From positions 120,280,001 to 120,344,000 of the forward strand of contig OZ024743.1 in NCBI GenBank assembly GCA_964016885.1: a DNA stretch of 64,000 nt. The letters are read 5' to 3'. Numbering within the stretch: position 1 is the first letter of the stretch; every line of letters starts with the position of its first letter. This stretch comes from Eledone cirrhosa. Taxonomy: Eukaryota. The notes under the pieces are model-generated. The model searched no databases, was not told the origin of the DNA, and saw only the letters and a list, made by a program, of their open reading frames with translations. Below are positions 40,756 through 51,254 of the stretch, piece after piece. The translations under genes were made by a program, and so were the position numbers.

Positions 40756-41068
40756 TATGTATGTATGTATGTATGTATGTATGTATGTATGTATGTATGT
40801 ATGTATGTATGTATGTATGTATGTATGTATGTATGTGTGTATGTGTGTGTGTGTGCTTGTGTGTGCGCGCGTGTGTATGTGTGTGTATGTGTATGTATGT
40901 GTGTATGTATGTAGGGAATGGAAAAGGCAATGTTTATGGAACTGGTTTAGATATTCTAAATAGTTATTTTCCTTTATAGCCATCATGGTCTTGCTCATTC
41001 CCCATTGCCATAGGGTCCTACACAAGAGTGTGTTTGTTTGTGTGTGTATGAGAGAGAGCGAGCGAGCG

Positions 41069-41114
<46 letters not shown>

Positions 41115-42790
41115 GCGATAGTTATACAGGGATCAGCTGACTCTAAGTCATCTCTCAGGAAAAATCATTAGATTTAACATTGGGTAGTTTATAAGAAATT
41201 GTTGAGATTCTTCTTTTCTGTCATGTTTAGAAAATATATGTAGTTTAGAGAACAGTTGCAGCAAAACTAAACATCAACAGAGCACATATAATGCTCTCGA
41301 GATTTTCTATAGGTTACCAAGTATTAATGAACATACAACTTAAATTAACAATCTATAAAGACCCCGCTGATCCTGGTCAACAACAGTGTTCTCTGCTGAG
41401 ACTGATCTTTCTATCCTGCCTTCTCAATCAGATGACAATTAACTGAAACAAGAGATCAAATATTTCATATCAAGTTATAATGGCTTTGAAAACTGTATTT
41501 ATCCCGACTTATAGACACCAGGTCCGAACACGAAAGAACCAAACTCCCACTGTCACTGCCTCCGTCTCTCACACTCTCCCAATGTCTTACTATTGTGAGC
41601 AAATGGGAGCCCACGCGCTGACCGCCCCGCGGCTCCGGAGGACAGAATAGAGATAGCGTTTCCCCAGCGAATGGTGCGGTTGACGCGCTGAAAGAGCCAT
41701 TCAAGCTCGAGAGGCTCACACCTGTAAGTAGCCAACTCAGTACCAATGGTGGTGAGTAGGGAGGTGGTCCTAGGACACCAGAAGTCTCCACTGCCATGGG
41801 CTCGATCGCAAACCTGTCGGAGAGCGACCGATATTTGGAGAGTTTACCTTCTTCGGCTCAAAATGCTGCAGAGCCTGCGTTAGTTGCAATGGTTGAATGC
41901 TAAATATGAAGGATTGCGTGACTAAAATTATTTTACTACTATAAAAATTGGCTGATTTAGTCTCAAGAGCTTGAGATTTGTGCCAGAAGTTACAATCCTG
42001 ACACTGCCAGTTATATTTGTTTCTACTTTAGGCACAAGGCCAGCAATTACCCAGTTCATTACTGGTGCTTTATTTTATCGACCCCGTAAGGATCTACAAG
42101 TTATAACATTAACTAATAATGTTTCAACATACAGGAATCAAAGAGGTACTTTAAGCAGTATTGAAAAAAAAAAAAAGAAATAGAAATACCCTGAATCCAA
42201 GATATAGTAAGAGGCTGGATTGTGGACAGAATATTCAGTTAATGTAATGACTACTGAAAAAGTATTAGTTTTTGGCAATGATTTCTAAAATATAAGAACG
42301 CATTAGAGCAATGTAGATTGATGGCAAGATATGAAACACTAGCACCGAGAATGATGAAAAGAATATCGTTCTCCTAAAACTTTTCTACACAAGCTTATCA
42401 TAACTTTTTCAAATTGGTGCTGCTCAATTATTTGGGTGTACAGTATATGATGTCTGGTCAACAATAATTATGACATGAGGTTTTTGTTCTTCCAGGTTAG
42501 GAGGAAATCCACATTAAAAGAAAATATTTATGAACTATGAACAAATCAAAGTTGGCGCGGGGAAAAATAATAGCTGATTAAATCCATTAAATTACTGATA
42601 ATTATGTTATTAATCTCATAAGAATGAAAGATAATTGTTGACCTTGACAGGATTTGCAAACAAACTAAAATACATTGATTTGACATTCTATTGTTTCAAC
42701 ATACACAAGCAGTGTAAAATATGTCATACGTTTAAAACTTGAAATCGCTTTAGTTATATAGGGAATCATTGTTCATAGTATACATATAAT

Positions 42791-43319
42791 ACTAGCCGAA
42801 TTACCCGCGCCTTGCTGCGTTTCACACATTTTTTTTTTTTTTGTAAGAAAATGATGATTAATTTTAAATCAGTGATATAATTTATGGAGAAAAACTCTGC
42901 ATTTCAATATTACTCAATGTAAAATGTAATGCATGGAAAATTGGAAAACATTTTTTGTAATATATCAAATCAAAATTACATTATTAAATCTTATTCTTAT
43001 TTTGTTTCTTGTAAATAATTTTTTTCAAAATATCAATTCCAAACTTTTGTGAATAGGCATCATATCTTGTCATTAACGTAAGGTTTAAATTTCATATAAA
43101 TCGAAAGGGAAAAAATGTTCAGCGGGGGTTTGTGCCCTCCGGAAAACCCTTTGATTAACATGAAATATACTTATCCAAGTACCCTGAGCAATGAAGTTTC
43201 AGAATATATATGGTTATGGGGGTCTATCTCCAAAACCATAGGAGGAGTTCGTGAACAAAAAAAAACAAAAACAAAAAAAACAAAAACAGAGAGGAACTAC
43301 AACTTTATATATATAGATT
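42791..43319 (+). mobile_element. Non-autonomous Helentron/HINE (Lep1-like) element
   Basis: ACTAGCCGAATTACCCGCGCCTTGCTGCG at one end; GGAGGAGTTCGTGAACA...AACTTTATATATATAGATT at the other. Confidence 0.7.
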
Positions 43320-43382
43320 TACTGTGTTGTAGAGCTGGTGGCAGTTCTCCTCACTTTTCATCTGTTCGTACTCTCTTCTGTG

Positions 43383-43625
43383 AAGACACGTGGCCTAGTG
43401 GGAGAGGTGTTGGATTTACGATCGTAATGTTGTGGGTTCGATTCCTGGGCTGGGTTGCGTGTTGTGTTCTTGAGCAAAACACTTCATTTCACGTTGCTCC
43501 AGTATTCACAGCTGAAAATGTGTACCAGCAATAGCTGGGGATTTAACCCAGTCGCTTCACGCCACGAAACCGGGATAAACACAGGCTCAACGCGCTGCTT
43601 GCAACGCACGAGGGGATGCATGCAA
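43383..43625 (+). mobile_element. tRNA-derived CORE-like SINE related to 36012
   Basis: TGGCCTAGTGG / GGTTCGATTCC boxes and TTGAGCAAAACACTT...CAGCTGAAAATG; followed by short TACATCTGGTGG repeats to about 43765. Confidence 0.75.
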
Positions 43626-44707
43626 TACTCTCTTCTACATCTGGTGGTACCATGTCTTACATCTCGTGATACTATGTTCTACATCTGGTGGCATTCATTG
43701 TTTTACATCTGGTGGCATTCATTGTTTTTACCTCTGCTGGCGTTCACTCTTCTACATCTGGTCGTATTTTCAGTTTTATACATTCTGATAATCAGTGTTC
43801 TTAGTTTATATCTGTTAAAATACAATGTAATTTGAGATTTTGAATTGTGACCATACTTCAATAGCCTGACTTTTATATCTGTAGGAATTTACATTATGTT
43901 GTTGATATATAAGCTAACTAGTCAACTGTTGTATCATTGGATATCAGATTTAGGAAATAACTGAGAAGGGTATGTACTTTGTTTATACTTATCAAATAAC
44001 AATCAATAAGAACACTCCGTCTCTTGACTAAATTTATCTTAAACAAAATTCATGGATTAAACGTATATTTTCCTCGTAACAAGACTTCTTATCTGTTAGT
44101 TATCTACTGTCTCTTTTGTTTATCATATCTCCACTGATTTTAAGATACACCACTATTTTATGTCTCTATTCTGCCAATGGAAGTTCAGTTTTTGTTTTAC
44201 TTGTAACATTTATGGCTGATTTTTCTTGTCTTCTTTCTCAGCTTGTTTTCACTTTTTTTTTAATGTAAAACACAAACCTTTTCATCCCGTTTGATAATTA
44301 AAGCTGACGTCTGCAACATCATTGTAATTTAAGTCCTCTGGTGTTGTACTGTGTGTGCGTTTTCTTTCCTTTCTTGTGTTTTAAATTGCGTTGCCGCTTT
44401 CTTGAGTCTAAAAAAAAAAAAAGTAACAAGAAATCAAACGGACAGAATTTTCGTTGCAACCTTATATTTGGTATTTAAATAATTGAACAGAAAGTAAAAA
44501 AGTCAAAGCTTTCAGCAAAGACATTTGAGTTTAATTCTTCGTGTAAAAAATGCAAGTGTCTTTTGTGGTTATGAAAATGGAAAAAGAAGGGAAAGCAACT
44601 TTGGTGCTAACATGTCGAAGCATGAATTCCAAGTTATGTTGAGTATGTGAGTGATTTGACTGTTAAATAAAGTGCCAGAAGATAATATCGAACTGTGGAC
44701 TGTTAAA

Positions 44708-44899
44708 TAATTGTTTCTACTTTTGGCACAAGGCCAACAATTACCCAGTACATTACTGGTACTTTATTTTATCGACCCCGTAAGGATGAAAGGCAAAGTT
44801 AACCTCGGCGGGATTTGAACTCAGATCATAAAGGGACGTAACTCTATGCTTCAAAGCATGGTGTCCGACTCTCTACCGATACTGCCAATCCACCGCCCT
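44708..44899 (-). mobile_element. Full-length tRNA-derived SINE with 13-bp TSD
   Basis: ACTGTTAAATAAT at 44699-44711 and 44900-44912. Confidence 0.95.
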
Positions 44900-44999
44900 A
44901 CTGTTAAATAATCGTGTACGAAAATATTCATGAGTGGCCTTAGAAGAAATTTATTTTCCATCTCCTTGTTTTAGTTTTAACTTTGATGGCATTTCTCTC

Positions 45000-45847
45000 C
45001 AGTCATGCATTGATATCGTGTTGATATTTCCCTTGCTTGGTGTATCTGGGTCAAATTTAATCTGTTGACTGCTGCGTATATTTTACACAGCTGCAGTTGC
45101 TGTACCGAGTATTTTCTTTTCCAGTAAAATGACCATTTTGATTGACAAACGTCACATCAATAAACTAGTAACCCCGTCTAGCTTTGAAGTTAATGAACTT
45201 TTGGAAAAGAGTTTAAACATGTTAGGACGAGTTATCTCGTCTACGGCACTGAAGAGGTTAAAGTCTTTTAGAATTTCTTTTGAGCATGCGTATGAGTATG
45301 AGTATTGCGACAGAATTATTTGACTAGTCTGCGTAGGTTGTATCATTCTGAATCCTCCATTTGGTATGTGAGATAGTCCGAGAAGATTACCTACCATACT
45401 CTAATATCATTTCCGGTGTCTTTGTATATCTCAAAGTACGGCATTAGGTATGGTATGAACACTTCATTGTTGTTCTTAGTCGTCTATGATGTCAATTTCG
45501 AATCTCATCTCTTTTACTCTGTATGCTGTAGCGGTTTGTAATGTGTATTCCCATTATAAACCGTCTCACTCATGAAGTAAGTCAGTGTGTAGCAATATAC
45601 TCTTGTGAATTACATGTACTGTATAAAATACATCTGTGCCTTTAATATGGTCTGTGCCAAGAAATAGAAAGGGCACAACATTCATAACAGCACTGTTCAT
45701 GTTGTTCGATCTAACGAGGTTTCTGAATGTACAATTGAAAGTGTAAGTCCTGTTGGTCTGGTCAGGGATGTCCCCACCAATTTGGATGCCTTGTCCTCTG
45801 TTACATCCCCTCTGGTCCGTTAGTCCTGTCGCCTTGTCCGAAGCCAT
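45000..45847 (-). pseudogene. Candidate endogenous parvovirus/densovirus capsid (VP) gene remnant
   Basis: Frameshifted blocks in parvoviral VP order: Gly-rich MASDKATG..GQGIQIGGDIP, RTYTFNCTFR, VYCYTLTYFMSETVYN, ATAYRVKEMRFEI, VFIPYLMPYFEIYKDTG. The lower boundary is approximate. Confidence 0.55.
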
Positions 45848-45985
45848 TGTTTTATGAATAGTATGTCTGTTAGCAACAGAATTAATTATCACTGGTTGTT
45901 GTAATACATTTTAAAAATTATGTATGTATGTATGTATGTATGTATGTATGTATGTATGTATGTATGTATGTATGTATGTATGTAT

Positions 45986-46185
45986 GTGTCAGGTCACCAG
46001 TTGGTGCTACTGGTAACATGTATTCCAGTACAACCCGTCCCATGGTCGGGTCGTTGGCGACTAAACTGGCAACCCTACCAAGGTTTCTTGGTGAGGAGGG
46101 TGACTTTGAACATCCTGCAGGACTAAAAACAAAGCCTGTCAAAGGGCAAAGGAGCTCATAAGGTCAATGGCCATCCAAAATCACC
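45986..46185 (-). repeat. Unclassified ~200-bp interspersed repeat next to (CATA)n, probably a retroelement 3' UTR
   Basis: Paralogues at about 46653-46850 and, inverted, 63805-63923; shared GCTACTGGTAACATGTA.CCAGTACAAC. Confidence 0.7.
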
Positions 46186-46429
46186 GGGAGAGATGACCCC
46201 CTTAGCCTTTGTCAAGGCAGAATTCTAGGAGAAGGAAAACTCTGATATAACACCTGCAACTCTGATGGTATCCAATGATGTTGACTTGTTCTTCTTTTTG
46301 GTAAATATCATCTTGGTTAAGAGAGTGGGACTGGCTTTGTGCAGTGCCTTTGCTGACTATAAAAGCTTCACGGCACAGGCATTGCTTTATATCTGGAGAT
46401 CTCTCTGCACTTGTCATCACAGGGTACAA

Positions 46430-46652
46430 TGGGCCCAGCACTATGTGTCAGTAATTGTCACAAGTGTAGTGTTTGTACCAGAGTTTTCAAGTCGCTGGCT
46501 GGACTAAAAAGTCACACTCGTTCAGCGTATCGATAGGGGTTCTCCTACATGGATATAAAGTAGTGGCCGTACTCGAAAACGAGTTGGCAGCCACCATGTA
46601 TGTATGTATGTATGTATGTATGTATGTATGTATGTATGTATGTATGTATGTA
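46430..46652 (+). mobile_element. 3' end of a BovB-like RTE with C2H2-like finger and (ATGT)n tail
   Basis: CSVCTRVFKSLAGLKSHTRS* matches the end of ORF 62895-63362; terminal GGCC.TAC.CGA.AACGA...GGCAGCCA.C-(ATGT)n as at 63749-63798. Confidence 0.75.
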
Positions 46653-46964
46653 TGGTAGTGTCAGGTGACTTCTGAGTGCTACTGGTAACATGTATCCCAG
46701 TACAACCTGTCACATGGTTGGGCCGCCGGCGACTAAGCTGGCTACCCCACCAAGCTTGCTTGATAAGGAGTGTGACTGGACACTCTGCAGGATGAAAAAC
46801 AAGACCTGACAAAGGGCGGAAAAACTCACTAGAGTCAACGGCCATCCAACAATGTGTATATGTATATACTGTGTGGGTGTATAAATGTATATATGTGGGT
46901 ATATGTGGAATTGGTTGCATGTAAGTGTGTATTTTTATTTACTTATTTTATTATTATTATTATT

Positions 46965-49746
46965 GTTTTTAATTTCTTTCATTATTGTTTCTGAGATATA
47001 TGCCGAGTGTCTTCCCGACACCTAGGGCAAATAAATTCACAGTGTGCATTGGTAAGCCAGTCAATACAGCACATTAATTATAATGAAAAAAAAAAAAAAA
47101 AAAAAAAAAAACCGTATACACATATACACATGTGCATATGCATATGTAAATACAAGGAGGGATATCAATCTTACAGAGATAGTGCTCTTCTCGATACGTG
47201 TGCAGTACCAGTCAAAACAATTTTTTGCACCTCGTGCAGAGAGGGTAAACCAGGAATCATTAGCAAATATTGTTCTGTTCCTTTCTTGATCATTCCCAGT
47301 CCTCCCACAATCACTGGTATTGTAACTGCCTTGAGGTACCACATTTTCTCAATTTCAATAAGCAGATCTTTATAATTTCGTAGTTTGTCAAATTCTTTTG
47401 CCGCGTTATTGTGATCACATGCGATGCTCATATCTATCAATAAACATACCTTATTATGTTGATCGTTTACAATGATGTCAGGTCTATTTGCTTTTATGGT
47501 CCTGTCAGTATGTACAGGAAAGTCCCAGAGAATTATTACTTTTTCTCCTTCAGTTACAGCCTCATGGTGATGATTGTACCACTTGTCTTCAGCTTTGATT
47601 TTGTAATGCCGACATATTACCCAGTGTAGATATTGGCCAACTCTGTCATGTCTATATTTGTATTTTACTGGTGCTAAAATTTACACCCAGAGACTAAGTG
47701 ATTCACTGTTTCAACCTCAGCATTGCAGAATCGGCACTTTGGGTTTATTCGGTTTCTCATCACATTGGCCTAGTAATTACGAGTCAATAAGCTTTGATCT
47801 TGGGCAGCTAAGATGAAGCCTTCACTCTCCGCCTTTAGCCCTGAACTACGTAGCCACTGATGGGTGTGCTTTTGGTCAACATCAGCCTGTTTGCTACGGG
47901 CCACATATTTACATGCAGAGGTTTCTGCTCCCAATTTGATGCTAATTGTCCTTGCCCTTTTGCTTTTGCCAGTGATTTTATGTGCCTAGCAGCATCAGTT
48001 GCAACAGTTTCTTTAGTCTGTCCAGCCTGGGTATCAAGCATGAGATCAGTAGCATATTTTTTGCTTTCCTTCAAGATAGAATGAAGCTTCTTACTTCTTT
48101 CATGCTTTTCAACAAGTTTCAGCATACAGTCATTAGTTGTTTCAAGGTATTTGGCCAGTCCAATGATGGTGGTCTTGTAAACAAGTTCAAATTGGATCAG
48201 GCCACGGCCTCCTTGAGTTCTAGGAAAGTAAAGACGATCCACATCTGCTTTTGTGTGGTGCATCCTATTACAGGTCAGTAGCTTACGGACTTTGGTGTCG
48301 ATTCTTTTGATTTCACTCATATTCCAGTTCAACACACCGAAACTATAAGTGACAACTGGGACTGCCAAAGAATTTATGGCTAGCACCTTGTTACGAGCGT
48401 TTAGTTCATATCTCAGAACTGCACGTACTCTCCTGTAACATTCTTTCCTTATCCTCTCTTTCATACTTGCATGCTGTATGCCAGAGCCCTCATTAATCCC
48501 TAAGTATTTATAGGTTTGTTCCTGCTCAAGTTCCTTTATGATTGTTTCAGCATCCAATTCAACTGAGTCTGAGTTGACAAGCTTCCCCTTCTTGAAAGTG
48601 GCTTTTGCACACTTATCAAGCCCAAAACTCCATCCCGATGTCATCGCTAAACGTGTTTACTGTCTGCAAAAGGCCTTCCAGTTCGTCATTATCTTTGCAA
48701 TATAGCTTCAAATCATCCATATAAAATAGGTGGCTTATTTTTTTTTTGTCAATTCTATAACCGTACCCTGTTCTATTAAATTCGGATGTAAGGTGTATTA
48801 AAGCTATGCAGAAAAGCAAGGGTGAAAGTGAGTCACCCTGGAATATACCACAGTTGATATTTATATTCCTAGAGCACAGTACCCCAGTGGAATGAGACAA
48901 TTGGAGATTTGTGTTCCATAATGACATATTGTGTTTCAGGAAGTTTGAGATCACAGGTGAGATTTTGAAGATGTCCAGTGATTTCAGAATCCATGAGTGT
49001 GCTATGCTGTCAAAGGCTTTTTTATAATCGATCCATCCAGAACTGAGATTTCTGTGTTTATTATGACAGTTCTCAAGGATCATACGATTAATCAAAAGTT
49101 GATCTTTGCAACCATATGAACCTCGTCGGCACCCTTTTTGTTCAATGGGGAAAAGATTGTTCTCCTCCAAAAACACGTATGCTTTTTCCATGAGAATAGA
49201 GGTTAATAGTTTATAAGTGGTGGACAAGCAGGTTATGGGCCGATAGTTTTGGGGATCTTTGGTTTCGTTGTTCTTTGGTAGAAGGTAGATAATGCCACTT
49301 GCTATCCAATCAGGTGTAATTTTTGGATCTTTCATAATTCTATTAAACAGCTTGACCAATATATTGTGAGTGCACAGGAGTAAGGAAATCCAGAAATTTG
49401 GCACCCTGTCTTTACCAGGAAATTTCCATTTATGAGATTTATTGAGTGCTGTCCTTAAGTCCGCTATAGAGATGTCTTCCCATGCCTGTTCTTCTAAATT
49501 TGTGTACGATTTTTCCAGACGACTAATCCAATCTACATTAACATTATATGTCTTCTCATCACTCCAAATCTTACTCCAGAAGTTTTCAACTTCTATATTA
49601 ATTTTTCTTCCCTACTTCTCTATAAAATGGATGAGAACAACTTATTTTGCCTGTAGAAGTTGTTTCGCTTCTCGAATCTACGAATTCGTTGGGCTTTTAC
49701 TTGGACTTTTGTTTCAGAGATTCTTTTGTTGAAACTATTGCTTCTT
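46965..49746 (-). mobile_element. 5'-truncated, frameshifted R4/Dong-like RLE retrotransposon, family B
   Basis: RT (NYRPITCL, EQKGC, WIDYKKAFDS, QGDSLSPLLF, YMDDLKL), GGRGL, CCHC remnant and RLE C-terminus. (TTA)n at 46948-46964 and from 49747. Confidence 0.9.
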
Positions 49747-49780
49747 TATTATTATTATTATTATTATTGTTATTATTATT

Positions 49781-49927
49781 CCTTGAATCTCAGTCATTGA
49801 TGTTGGTTAACTGGAAAGTCCGTTGGATTGAATATCAAGCCACTACCTGCAGCCTCAGATATTCAGGACGTATCGGAGGGTTCTTGCTGTTCCAAGCAAG
49901 CATGCCTTTTGAAGCGTTCCAAAAAGC

Positions 49928-49929
<2 letters not shown>
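49781..49929 (-). mobile_element. R4/Dong-like family A, ~150-bp 3' fragment
   Basis: Nearly identical to 56315-56463; TTA repeats on both sides. Confidence 0.95.
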
Positions 49930-49966
<37 letters not shown>

Positions 49967-49978
49967 GTTATTGTTATT

Positions 49979-51218
49979 CCTTGAATCTCAGTCATTGATG
50001 TTGGTTAACTGGAAAGTCCGTTGGATTGAATATCAAGCCACTACCTGCAGCCTCAGATATTCAGGACGTATCGGAGGGTTCTTGCCGTTCCAAGCAAGCA
50101 TGCCTTTTGAAGCGTTCCAAAAAGCGTGAAGGGGCCGATTTTCTTTAACCATCCCTGGAAACCTTTGGAGATAGTCCCCAGTGCGCCTATGACAATCGGG
50201 ATCACTTTGACTTCATGGCAGTTCCAAATCCTTTTCACCTCCCACTTTAGGTCCTGGTATCGGTTAATTTTCTCCCTCTCCTTCTCTTGCACTCTCGTGT
50301 CGAACGGGCAGGCCACATCCACAATCAGGCACGATCTTTTTTCTTTGTCCACAACCACCAGGTCAGGTCTATTGTGTTCCAGTTTTTTGTCCGTCTGTAT
50401 CCTAAAATCCCACAACACCTTCACCTGACTGTTCTCCATCACCGCCTCTGGCCTATGCTCATACCATTTCTCAGAATGTGGTAGATTGTTTACTTTGCAC
50501 AGGTGCCAGTGGATCACCCTGCCCATCACATCGTGTCTCCAGCCCTTATAGTGGGTCTGGGCTAGGTGTTTACACTCGGACACAATGTGAGCCACAGTCT
50601 CCTCTCTCTCTCCACAGATCCTGCACAGTGGGCTAGCCTCCTCCTTGTAGATATGGTGCTTCAACCACTTCGTTTTGAGGGCCTGCTCCTGCGCAGCCAT
50701 TAGCATTCCTTCTGTAGCCTTTTTGAGGTCTCCTCTTCTCAACCAGTTCCATGTCTGTGGATCTCTAAATTCAGTTTTCTCAAAGAAGGTACTATGAAGG
50801 GATTTTCCCTTAAGGCTGCTCTTCCTCCTTGATGTTATTTCCTCCTTGGGTATCCCCTGGCCTACTGTCCCCTCCTTCAGTACAGCTCTGAGCATTGGCT
50901 CCTTACTATAGGTCACGTATTTGTATAGGTTGTTTTTCTCCATCTGAACACAGTCCTCTATGCTGATAAGACCTCTTCCACCCTCAGATCTCCTTAGGTA
51001 GAGTCTATCGACATCACTCCTCTTGTGGAACATGTTGTAGATAGTCAATAGCTTCCTAGTCTTCCTATCCATTTCTTTTTGTTCAGCAACATTCCATCTC
51101 AGAATTCCCGCACTGTACCTAATAATAGACACAGCTCGGGAATTTACTGCGCTTATGGCATTTCTGCTGTTCAGATGTGACTTCAATACGCTCCTTACTC
51201 TCCGAATGTATTCAGTTC

Positions 51219-51220
<2 letters not shown>
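49979..51220 (-). mobile_element. R4/Dong-like family A, 1.24-kb 5'-truncated copy
   Basis: ORF 50053-51186 differs from the matching part of 56389-57927 at one visible residue (GIPK versus GISK). CRIC..H...C, RHD, PDLVV..DVACP motifs; TTA repeats on both sides. Confidence 0.95.

Positions 51221-51254
<34 letters not shown>

Noticed and set aside
40522-41025. ORFs rich in HTYI, MYVC or poly-L (also 1340, 45918-46161, 49647, 56253, 63565)
   Set aside because: They are translations of microsatellites.
46653-46710. Possible HDV-like or twister ribozyme in the TATG-associated repeat
   Set aside because: A P1-like pairing exists, but the L3 and J4/2 consensus is missing, the alternative hairpin conflicts with it, and the 45986 copy does not conserve it.
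46965-49746. Idea that the TTA cluster is nested inside R4 family B
   Set aside because: No continuation of family B appears beyond 61270 and it has TTA at both of its own ends, so it is a tandem member and not a host.
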